NCBI GenBank assembly: GCA_964644015.1
Contig: CAZXVT010000004.1
Coordinates: 1 to 62,022 of the forward strand
DNA from: an uncultured Maribellus sp.
GTDB taxonomy: Bacteria; Bacteroidota; Bacteroidia; Bacteroidales; Prolixibacteraceae
Direction of reading: 5' to 3'
Length of the DNA stretch: 62,022 nt
Below the pieces are notes generated by a model that made no database searches, had not been told where the DNA came from, and saw nothing but the letters and a program-made list of their open reading frames with translations. This document shows, in pieces, positions 31,490 through 39,863 of the stretch. Numbering within the stretch: position 1 is the first letter of the stretch; each line of letters opens with the position of its first letter. A program made the translations under genes and the position numbers.

Positions 31490-33100
31490 TTAAATGCCAT
31501 TGGGTTGCAGTTTATCTCCATTGTTCACAGCCTTTTCAATCACATCCAGTCTGGCTTTTGTTGGGTCTGGTTTGCCAACCGGTTTCCCATCCGACTGGAT
31601 ATCGAGCAACTCGTTTGTTTCAGGTGAGTAAATGGGCCAATTGGGTAGCCCTTTCGCGTTAGGATTGCCGGTTTTGGCGAAGTTTACCCAGTAGGCGTTC
31701 ATTAATCTTGCAACCTCATTGTCTTCTGCAGCAGGTGATGACCCAGGGCGTTCCCCCAGGTTATCGAACACATAAGAAATATCGGTCCCATGTCCGGGTC
31801 CATATTTCATCCGCTCTTTCATGGCCGCAGGAACATACGAAAACAGAAAAATATAGGCCGGGTCGCCAACGGCTGTAAACGATTTTGCGACAAACCTTGC
31901 AGGTTCGGCCCAAACCTTGTCTGTATTAAATCGCGTTTGCACTTCGGCAAACTCCTTGATTCCATCAGTATCGTAGGCAGTTTTTGCTTCTTCGGCCAAC
32001 TCGCCAAACAGGGCAAAAAGCTCTTCCTTTGTTTTACTTTGATTAACGAAATTTCCGCCTATTTCTGCACTGTTGCACCCAATCATCAACGGAACGCGTG
32101 CCTGATGGCCTGCCTTGTAAGCACTTGTAAATGATTCCACAACAAGTTTCCCGTCCCATATCGGGCCTGAATAAATACGCGGACCACCCTGTCCATCATT
32201 TTCCTGTCCGCCATCCACAATTTCTTCCACTTTCAGGGCGCGAAGTTTGGCCAGAGCTGCGGCATCGGTTCCTTCAATTCCATGTTTTTTGGCAAAATTG
32301 ATTCCGATGGTTTCTGCAGAAACAGGGTAATATTGGCTGGCATTTTCTTTATTGATTGGCCTGCCGGTTAGAACGCCGTCGCGACCACCGCTGGAATGCC
32401 CGATTGCCTTATGAAAAAGGCCTTTTGCCGCCGGAATCGTTAAAAGTGAATGGATTGAAACACCACCTGCTGAGAATCCGAAAATGGTTACATTTTCAGG
32501 GTCGCCGCCAAACGCAGCAACATTGTCTTTTACCCATTGAAGGGCAGCAATCTGGTCCATAAAAGCGTAACTTCCTTTGGGTTCTTCCGGGTGTTCCTTG
32601 CTCAGGGCAGGAAATGCAAAGTGCCCCAGACGTCCCAAACGGTAATTGATGCTAATGAGAATGACTCCTTGTCTGGCAAATCCAACACCCGAAGTATTTC
32701 CGCTGCCGCCCACAAATGCACCACCATGAATCCACACCATCACGGGCAGTTTGGCATTTGATTTTGCAGTTGCCGGTGTCCACAGGTTTAAGTAGAGACA
32801 ATCTTCGGAAGAGCCTTGTTGAATGGTTCCCGGAGCAGCGCCCCAGCCACCCTGTGCACAACTTGCACCAAACTGGCTTGCATCGCGAACACCTTCCCAG
32901 GGTTTAACTGGCTGTGGCGGACGCCAGCGAAATTCGCCAACCGGAGGCGCGGCAAAGGGAATTCCTTTAAAAACCGAAACATCTCCTTCGGTTACACCCT
33001 GAACTTTGCCACTGGCGGTTTGCACTATCGGACCGGCAGTTTGCTGTGCCTGTAACCCGAAACTAATGAGTATTGCTAAAAAGCTAAATATTGTTTTCAT
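31490..33100 (-). CDS. Type-B carboxylesterase, secreted
   Basis: GIPFAAPP, SEDCLYLN, WIHGGAF, FGGDP.NVTIFGFSAGG (GxSxG) and HGTD. Confidence 0.94.
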   Translation of the reverse strand: MKTIFSFLAILISFGLQAQQTAGPIVQTASGKVQGVTEGDVSVFKGIPFAAPPVGEFRWRPPQPVKPWEGVRDASQFGASCAQGGWGAAPGTIQQGSSEDCLYLNLWTPATAKSNAKLPVMVWIHGGAFVGGSGNTSGVGFARQGVILISINYRLGRLGHFAFPALSKEHPEEPKGSYAFMDQIAALQWVKDNVAAFGGDPENVTIFGFSAGGVSIHSLLTIPAAKGLFHKAIGHSSGGRDGVLTGRPINKENASQYYPVSAETIGINFAKKHGIEGTDAAALAKLRALKVEEIVDGGQENDGQGGPRIYSGPIWDGKLVVESFTSAYKAGHQARVPLMIGCNSAEIGGNFVNQSKTKEELFALFGELAEEAKTAYDTDGIKEFAEVQTRFNTDKVWAEPARFVAKSFTAVGDPAYIFLFSYVPAAMKERMKYGPGHGTDISYVFDNLGERPGSSPAAEDNEVARLMNAYWVNFAKTGNPNAKGLPNWPIYSPETNELLDIQSDGKPVGKPDPTKARLDVIEKAVNNGDKLQPNGI

Positions 33101-33117
33101 AACTTGTTGTTTTTAAC

Positions 33118-33168
33118 AGACTTCGACTTTGCTCAGTCTGACAGTCACCCTGAGCGTAGTCGAAGGGT
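33118..33168. repeat. REP-like inverted repeat (CTTCGACT..GCTCAG / CTGAGCG.AGTCGAAG)
   Basis: cttcgactttgctcag tctgacagtcacc ctgagcgtagtcgaag. Confidence 0.8.
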
Positions 33169-33206
33169 GTTTTGTAATTATTTATTTGAAATTGATATCA
33201 TGTTTT

Positions 33207-34256
33207 TTATAAATATTTTCCAAAGAACTCATTGAGTTTGTTCATGGCCTGGTTCACATGTTCGGGGACATAGTAGGTTTGAATGTGGGTGGCTCCCGGA
33301 ATCAGAAAAAGTTCTTTCTCTTTTGTGCTAGTGGCTTTGTTGAAAGCGCTGTCGGTCATGTAAAAACTGTCGGCTTTGCTGCCGGCCATCATCAAGAGCG
33401 GCTGATTGATTAAATCCATATTGGCGGAAGCGTCAAATTCCATCAGATCGAGCAGACTGCTCATGGTGTATCGGAAAGTGGAATTTGGGTGGGCATGGGT
33501 CCGGTTGTAGTAGTAATGACCTTCACGGTAGAGGTCAAAAGGCATTTTGTCAGCTTGTTCATCGGTTGTTTTGGTGTCAGCGGCATAGCGGATTTCGCCG
33601 CCTGCAGCTTCAAGTGCGCGGGCTTCGGATGCCTGTTTTAATCTTTCCTGAATGGTGGCAATACCTGAATCCATAAAACCATTTCGCCTGACAATACCTG
33701 AGTTAAACATACTTAAAGTAGCTACAGCCTTAAAACGTTTGTCGGTTTGAGCTGCTGCCAGCGTGTAACCACCGCCACCGCAAACACCCAAAACCCCCAA
33801 CCGACTGGCATCAACGCCTGCATATTGGGTAATGTAATCGGCCATTCCGCGAATGTCCTCAATCCTGTTAGCCGGTTTATCCACATTGCGGGGCTGTCCG
33901 CCACTGGCGCCCTGGTAAGATGCATCGGCAGCAATTGCGATGTAGCCCGATTCTGCCAGACGCTGCGCATACAATCCGGCAACCTGTTCTTTTACTCCGC
34001 CATTGGGATGGGCAACCACCACCGCCGCATATTTCTTCGATTTATCGAAATCGGCTGGTGTATAAACATTGGCTGCAATTTCAATCCCGTTCAGTTTGTA
34101 AGAAACGGCGTGAATATTCACTTTGCCAGCTACATTTTCGGAAATGGCACCGTTGTACACCAGTCCGAATGGATTGGCAGGTTTGGTTTGCGCTAAAGCG
34201 ATGACGCTAAAAGTTGTAATCATTGTTATAAAAAAAAAGGTACATAAATTTTTCAT
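33207..34256 (-). CDS. Alpha/beta hydrolase, YcjY-like (Cys nucleophile), with signal peptide
   Basis: HPNGGVKEQ, DASYQGASGG, GVCGGGG and GATHIQTY; start moved to MKNLC at 34256. Confidence 0.88.
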   Translation of the reverse strand: MKNLCTFFFITMITTFSVIALAQTKPANPFGLVYNGAISENVAGKVNIHAVSYKLNGIEIAANVYTPADFDKSKKYAAVVVAHPNGGVKEQVAGLYAQRLAESGYIAIAADASYQGASGGQPRNVDKPANRIEDIRGMADYITQYAGVDASRLGVLGVCGGGGYTLAAAQTDKRFKAVATLSMFNSGIVRRNGFMDSGIATIQERLKQASEARALEAAGGEIRYAADTKTTDEQADKMPFDLYREGHYYYNRTHAHPNSTFRYTMSSLLDLMEFDASANMDLINQPLLMMAGSKADSFYMTDSAFNKATSTKEKELFLIPGATHIQTYYVPEHVNQAMNKLNEFFGKYL

Positions 34257-35356
34257 TTGTCTAATCCTTTCTTTTTTAACCATTCCGACATCAAATCGGC
34301 AATTTCAATATTGTTTAAATCCGAAAAGGGGAAATGTGTGTTGCCTTTTACCCCGATTTCGGGTAGATGAACTACGGTAACATCGCCACCATGTTTGTTT
34401 ACACAGTCGCGCCACAGCCTTGCCATTTCCAAACGCACCCGCCAGCCATCCTGACCCGGATTGGCGCTGGGTTCTTTTGGAATAAAATCGCCGTAATAAA
34501 TTACAATCGGGATTTTGGTCAATTGCATAAATTCTGCCATCGGAATTCCGGTTGCTTCCAGCGTGCCGCCTGAACTGGGCATTGCCGCTGGTACTTCGCC
34601 TTCGGGAAACACAAATCCGCTACCCGGTTCATAGGATATAATGGCTTTTATGTTTTGATTTTTGATAGCCGTGCGCCAGCCCATTCCACCCGAATGGGAG
34701 TGTGTAACCAAAATTCCATCACCAATTTTATCAAACAGCTCCGAAATTGCATCGGTATTTACATTAATGTCAATTGGCCCGATATTGGGAACCATCTGCC
34801 TGAAATACTGATTCAATGTTTCTTCATCTTTGGCAAACTGAACCCCTTCAAAATAATCGGGCCAGATTCCAATTCTGAATGTGCCAAACCAGCCCTGTTC
34901 ATCGGGTGTTGGATTAATGGTGCCAGCCACAGTCCCGCGGGCTGCATTGCCCCTGCGGGGTTGGTCAAATACATAAACCGAAAATTTCCGTCGCAAAAAG
35001 ATGTTCTGAAATCCTTCGCGCCCGTCGGGTGTGGTTTCCCATGTTTTTGAAAACTGCCCGATTCCATGCCACATCACCAGCGGGTATTTGCGTGCTTTCG
35101 CCGGAACCTGGTAAAAAACGTATGCATGGTCGCCATGAAAGGTTTGGCCATCGGGTGTTGGACTGGTTGGATTAAAAGTTCCGGGATTGGTAATCACTGT
35201 TCCACCAGCGGCAAAACTGCCCTGCTCCTGAATAACCATGGGTTTTTGCTTTTTTTGACCAACTGAAGTGAGACCTGTGAGCAATAAAAAAATCATCACA
35301 ACATTCAATATGATTGAAGTGGTGGCAGGTTTAAAGTGGCATTTTTCTTGATTCAT
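34253..35356 (-). CDS. Alpha/beta-fold hydrolase, secreted
   Basis: WETTPDGREG, DQPRRG, THSHSG and GNTHFPF. Confidence 0.85.
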   Translation of the reverse strand: MNQEKCHFKPATTSIILNVVMIFLLLTGLTSVGQKKQKPMVIQEQGSFAAGGTVITNPGTFNPTSPTPDGQTFHGDHAYVFYQVPAKARKYPLVMWHGIGQFSKTWETTPDGREGFQNIFLRRKFSVYVFDQPRRGNAARGTVAGTINPTPDEQGWFGTFRIGIWPDYFEGVQFAKDEETLNQYFRQMVPNIGPIDINVNTDAISELFDKIGDGILVTHSHSGGMGWRTAIKNQNIKAIISYEPGSGFVFPEGEVPAAMPSSGGTLEATGIPMAEFMQLTKIPIVIYYGDFIPKEPSANPGQDGWRVRLEMARLWRDCVNKHGGDVTVVHLPEIGVKGNTHFPFSDLNNIEIADLMSEWLKKKGLDK

Positions 35357-35421
35357 TTCATTGTTTTTTGTTACTAACGAAAGGTGTAGATTTCTGTTAT
35401 TCTGTTAATTGTAATTGTATT

Positions 35422-36201
35422 CTAAATTCTTTTGTATTTTCCTCCAAATGCATAAGTCAGGTTCAGGTTCCACAGGAAATCATCGCCGGGAATAGTCGAT
35501 TCAAACTTGTAATTTACCGTTGATGAGATTGAAAGCGGAAAATTTTTACGGTTAGCCGACAAGTTGGTATTGACATAAAAACCTTCATTTGCATCCATTT
35601 TCAAGAAGTATCCCTGTACCATCCACCGCAAAAAGTATTTCTCAGCAAGTTGAATATTCGTAAAGTTTGCCCTTAGTGAAATAAAGTTGCTGTTTTTTAC
35701 ACTGCCTTCGCTTACGCCCAGTGCATAAATGTAGTATGGCCCCAAGGTTATGCTTTTCCCTATGGTAAAAAGAGGAGCAAGCTCGCCTGCCAGAAACTGT
35801 TGTACTCGAAGTATTTCACTTGTTTCTCCATTTTCGTTAACAGTTATTGTTTTAAAAGAATAAGCAGGATGTGCACCCAGCTTGAACTGAAATTTACTGG
35901 TTTTCAGCAATTCGTAACGCATCCAGAAAATGAAAGTCCAGGGTTTTCCCTCAAGCGAAAAACGCAGCGTAGGTTCAAACCTGAATTTTTCGCCTCCAAC
36001 CGAAAAATCGAAAATTGAAGCAGGTTTTCCCAAAGTCAGGTTAGGAAAAGTAGAAAGTCCTTTGGTGGTTATTGTAGCCGAGCCACTGAAATTTCTGACA
36101 ACTTTTGCCGTATCGGTATTTTGTGCCAATGCAAGATTGGAACTCAAAAAAAGAATACCAATTAGAATTTGTTTCACTTCGAAATTTAGTTTTACATTCA
36201 T
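35422..36201 (-). CDS. Hypothetical outer-membrane beta-barrel-like protein
   Basis: Signal peptide, alternating aromatic beta-strands and a terminal LTYAF-like strand. The start is placed at 36201, downstream of a TATCTTTG box (36214-36207), and could lie slightly later. Confidence 0.65.
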   Translation of the reverse strand: MNVKLNFEVKQILIGILFLSSNLALAQNTDTAKVVRNFSGSATITTKGLSTFPNLTLGKPASIFDFSVGGEKFRFEPTLRFSLEGKPWTFIFWMRYELLKTSKFQFKLGAHPAYSFKTITVNENGETSEILRVQQFLAGELAPLFTIGKSITLGPYYIYALGVSEGSVKNSNFISLRANFTNIQLAEKYFLRWMVQGYFLKMDANEGFYVNTNLSANRKNFPLSISSTVNYKFESTIPGDDFLWNLNLTYAFGGKYKRI

Positions 36202-36311
36202 GCTAACAAAGATAAGTGCTTCATACTGATGGATTGATAGATGAATTACTGCATATTCTACCATTTTTACTGATTGGCCCGGCAAAATGGTTACAACAAG
36301 GTTGGAATGCT

Positions 36312-36319
36312 TAAATTTG
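36312..36319 (+). promoter_or_regulatory. -7 promoter box for the AraC gene
   Basis: TAAATTTG ending 18 nt before the ATG at 36338; a divergent box lies at 36207-36214. Confidence 0.6.
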
Positions 36320-36337
36320 TTTCAGAAAAACGAAACG

Positions 36338-37246
36338 ATGGAAAAGATTTACAGGTTTGATACAGTTGCAGAATATAATGCGCTGAACAATCATGAAACA
36401 TTGCATCCTCTGGTAAGTATTATCGATTTTTCGAAAGCCAACCCGCGGTCGTGGGGCGAAAAACGGGTGAAGATAAATTACGGGCTGTATTGTATTTTCC
36501 TGAAAGATTTTAAAGGCTGCGACCTGAAATATGGCCGCAATTACTACGATTACCAGGAAGGTACACTTGTTTTTGTATCGCCGGGACAAATGATGGTGGT
36601 GGAAACTGATGGACAAGTTTACCAACCTGTTGGTCATGCACTGGTTTTTCATGCCGACCTGCTTCGCGGGACTTCACTTGGAAAAACAATCAGCGACTAT
36701 CATTTTTTCAGCTACAATGCCAATGAAGCTTTGCACCTGTCGGAACGGGAAAGGCAAATTGTGCTGGACTGTTTTTCGAAAATCGAAACAGAACTGCATC
36801 AAAACATTGACAAACACAGCAAAAAGCTGATTGCCTCGAACATCGAACTGTTTCTGAATTACTGCGACAGGTTTTATGACCGCCAGTTTATCACCCGCGA
36901 TAACGTAAACAAAGGCATTCTGGAAAAATTCGAAGAACTGTTGAACGGCTATTTTACAAGTGATAACCCACAAAAACTTGGGTTGCCATCAGTTGCTTAT
37001 TTTGCCGAAGAGCTTCATCTTTCGGCCAACTATTTTGGCGATTTGATTAAAAAGGAAACCGGCAAAACAGCCAAGGAATACATTCAAAATAAAATAATTG
37101 ATGTTGCCAAAAACAAGACTTTCGATGCTGACAAAACGGTAAATGAAATTGCCTACGAACTGGGATTCAAATATCCACAGCATTTTACGAGGTTGTTTAA
37201 AAATATTACAGGTCATACACCCAACGAATACAGAACGTTAAATTGA
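36338..37246 (+). CDS. AraC-family transcriptional regulator, divergent from the hydrolase/reductase cluster
   Basis: HPLVSIID, YGRNYYDYQEGTL, LHLSANYFGDLIKKETG and IAYELGFKYPQHF. Confidence 0.93.
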   Translation: MEKIYRFDTVAEYNALNNHETLHPLVSIIDFSKANPRSWGEKRVKINYGLYCIFLKDFKGCDLKYGRNYYDYQEGTLVFVSPGQMMVVETDGQVYQPVGHALVFHADLLRGTSLGKTISDYHFFSYNANEALHLSERERQIVLDCFSKIETELHQNIDKHSKKLIASNIELFLNYCDRFYDRQFITRDNVNKGILEKFEELLNGYFTSDNPQKLGLPSVAYFAEELHLSANYFGDLIKKETGKTAKEYIQNKIIDVAKNKTFDADKTVNEIAYELGFKYPQHFTRLFKNITGHTPNEYRTLN

Positions 37247-37262
37247 GATTTAATTTATTGAC

Positions 37263-37324
37263 TATTTTGTCTGAAGCCTGACTGCACATCCTATCTGTTT
37301 CATCAACGCTATAATTGGTGTTGC
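37263..37324 (+). repeat. Left copy of a degenerate 62-bp direct repeat (REP-like) flanking the R-M genes
   Basis: tattttgtctgaagcc-N25-caacgctataattggtgttgc; compare 42435-42496. Confidence 0.65.
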
Positions 37325-37418
37325 CAAAAGTTTCTTAATCTTTCCCTCTTTCAACTCTTTCCACATTGCCCCTAGATTACTTTATACTCCCGGAAAACCT
37401 TGCCTCCCTTCCCGATAA

Positions 37419-37463
37419 TGACAAAGGATTCCATCTTTTTCGAAAAGATGGAATCCTTTGTCA
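37419..37463. repeat. Perfect 21-bp inverted repeat
   Basis: tgacaaaggattccatctttt tcg aaaagatggaatcctttgtca. Confidence 0.88.
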
Positions 37464-37660
37464 GCAGACTTGAAAACAGAAGGGATGAGTTATTTAATTT
37501 TGCCTGAAACCAAAATTTGATAATACAGTTGCTTTTCCAATCATCTGTTTTCCTATTTTTAAGGCCGATTATTAAAGCAAATTAATACACAAAGAATATT
37601 GAATATTGATTTTTAAAGTATTGAATAATTAAAATATAACATAGCATTCTGCTATTGTTC

Positions 37661-37818
37661 GCACACTCGAAACCTAGGAAATTTCAATAACGCGAACGCA
37701 AGAATTGAGTCAATAAGCGAATGCTCGCGCCAAACGGCGTGGGCTTTTGACTTATCATTCTTGCGTGGGCTTTCCTAGGGCCTCGAGTGTGGGTAAGGCG
37801 GGGTCCACGCTTTTTTTG
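37661..37818 (+). ncRNA. Putative structured leader RNA / attenuator upstream of mod
   Basis: Nested stems CACACTCGA/TCGAGTGTG, CCTAGGAAA/TTTCCTAGG, ACGCAAGAAT/ATTCTTGCGT, TGAGTCAA/TTGACTTA and GCTCGCGCC/GGCGTGGGC; an alternative pairing GCGTGGGCTT/GGGGTCCACGC is followed by a T-run. Confidence 0.6.
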
Positions 37819-37864
37819 TGGGTTTTGGTTACCTGAACACTGGAGGATGCGCAAACCAAAACTT

Positions 37865-39859
37865 ATGAAACTTTATCAGACACTCGAAACGCAACTTAAA
37901 AAAGAATCCAATTTTGTAACCGACAACGGTGAGCTAAAAAAATGGGTTGTCATCAACAAAGCCCAAAATTTCGACAGCGAACTCCTTGAATTATTGCTGG
38001 ATAATGAAGAACTCAAAGACAAATTTTTTGTAAATGTGAAGAATGGTTTGGTTTTTAAGCAGAACCTGTTTGTTCAGTTCCTTGAGCAAAAAAACTATTT
38101 GAACGACAGCTATACCCAATACAAGAACAAAGTAGGGTTAACAAATGATGGCAAATATCTGAAACAACGAAACGAGGTGGCTTTGGTATGGCCTTTTAAA
38201 GATTGTATTTTAGAAGGTGGGCAAAGCCGGGAAGAAGATAAACGTGAAGAAATTTTCTTTAATGAAATCTTGGCTCAGGATGAAATTACGCAACTACTCG
38301 AACCCAAAGTTCTGAGTAATGCCAAACGCATTAATAAAAACGGAGAAAAACCGCTTGACCAATTTAACCGAAATGAAAAAGGTATAATAGCCGACAACTT
38401 GATTATTAAAGGGAACAACCTATTAGCCTTGCATACACTAAAAGAAGAATTTGCAGGGAAAATAAAACTGATTTACATAGACCCACCCTATAATACGGGT
38501 GGCGATTCATTTAATTACAATGATTCTTTTAATCATTCAACATGGTTGACATTCATGAAAAATAGATTTGAGACAGCCTTGTCGTTACTAAAAAAAGATG
38601 GAGTAATACTCGTTCAATGCGATCATCATGAAATGGGTTATTTAAATGTTCTTTTAGATGAGGTTTTTGGAAAAGAGAATAAGATTCAACAAATAGCGGT
38701 GAAAGTTGCTTCTGCCTCTGGTTTTAAGGCAGTTAATCCTGGTCCAATTGATGTTTTAGAGAACATTTTATTTTATGCAAAAAATAAGAAAGAAGTTCAA
38801 TTCAAAAAAAACTATGTTGTAACCGGATATCATAAAAACTATAACCAATTTCTCGACAATTCAAATCCAAATATTGAAGAGTGGAAGCTTATTCCATTAA
38901 AAGAAAAAGTACTTGAGGCAAATGGATACAAGGATGAAATAGAAGTGAAAAAAGAGTTTGGTAGCAATTTTAAGATTGCAATCCAACAAATGATTGAGGT
39001 ATATGCATTTAATAATGCAAATAATGTTGTAAGCATAAGAGATTTACATAAGCCAACTCAACAGGTTAAAGAATTACAAGAAAAATCTAAAATAGAAAGA
39101 GATAAATTTTTTGTCTACGATAAACAAGATGGAGAAAAGACATACTTAATAAATGGTGGTGCATTAGCTTTTTACTCAACGAAAATAAGAGAAATAGATG
39201 GAAAATTGCAAGTAACTGAATTATTGACAAATTTTTGGGACCATATTTCATGGGCTGGTATAGCAAAAGAAGGAGGAGTTAAACTCAAAAATGGTAAAAA
39301 GCCAGAGAAATTATTGAAGCAAATTTTAGAGCTCAACACAGACGAGAATGACATTGTTCTTGATTACCATTTAGGAAGTGGAACTACGTGTGCTGTTGCT
39401 CACAAAATGAAAAGACAATATATAGGAATCGAGCAACTTGATTATGGTGAAAATGATAGTGTTATTAGGCTAAAAAATGTCATTGATGGTGATCAATCGG
39501 GAATTTCCAAATCAGTAAATTGGAAAGGTGGCGGTGAATTCATTTATCTGGAACTCAAAAAATACAACCAAACATTTATTGAACAGATAGAGGAGGCTGT
39601 AAATACTGAAACACTTTTGCAGATATGGGAACAAATGAAAGCCAAGTCGTTCTTTAAATACAGCGTCGATTTGCAGGCGTTTGAAAATAGTTTAGACGAA
39701 TTCAGACAATTCGGGATAAAAAAACAGAAGGAAATGCTTTGCGAACTGTTGGATAAAAACCAATTGTACATTAATCTTTCGTCGCTTGAAGATACAGACT
39801 TCGAGTGTTCTGAACATGAGAAGCAAGTAACCCGCGATTTTTATCAAAATAAAGATTAA
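37865..39859 (+). CDS. mod: Type III restriction-modification DNA methyltransferase (Mod)
   Basis: IIKGNNL, IYIDPPYNTG (motif IV), KKPEKLL and LDYHLGSGTT (motif I) in beta-class order; directly upstream of res; start moved to 37865. Confidence 0.9.
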   Translation: MKLYQTLETQLKKESNFVTDNGELKKWVVINKAQNFDSELLELLLDNEELKDKFFVNVKNGLVFKQNLFVQFLEQKNYLNDSYTQYKNKVGLTNDGKYLKQRNEVALVWPFKDCILEGGQSREEDKREEIFFNEILAQDEITQLLEPKVLSNAKRINKNGEKPLDQFNRNEKGIIADNLIIKGNNLLALHTLKEEFAGKIKLIYIDPPYNTGGDSFNYNDSFNHSTWLTFMKNRFETALSLLKKDGVILVQCDHHEMGYLNVLLDEVFGKENKIQQIAVKVASASGFKAVNPGPIDVLENILFYAKNKKEVQFKKNYVVTGYHKNYNQFLDNSNPNIEEWKLIPLKEKVLEANGYKDEIEVKKEFGSNFKIAIQQMIEVYAFNNANNVVSIRDLHKPTQQVKELQEKSKIERDKFFVYDKQDGEKTYLINGGALAFYSTKIREIDGKLQVTELLTNFWDHISWAGIAKEGGVKLKNGKKPEKLLKQILELNTDENDIVLDYHLGSGTTCAVAHKMKRQYIGIEQLDYGENDSVIRLKNVIDGDQSGISKSVNWKGGGEFIYLELKKYNQTFIEQIEEAVNTETLLQIWEQMKAKSFFKYSVDLQAFENSLDEFRQFGIKKQKEMLCELLDKNQLYINLSSLEDTDFECSEHEKQVTRDFYQNKD

Positions 39860-39863
39860 GCAG

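Noticed and set aside
37787-37864. N-terminal extension of Mod in the ORF track
   Set aside because: It overlaps the structured leader and T-run; the ATG at 37865 has a typical A-rich context and gives a natural N-terminus.
37865-39859. Phase-variable mod (phasevarion)
   Set aside because: No simple-sequence repeat tract was seen; the longest run noticed is about A8 at 38804-38811, unremarkable in AT-rich DNA, and the frame is intact.
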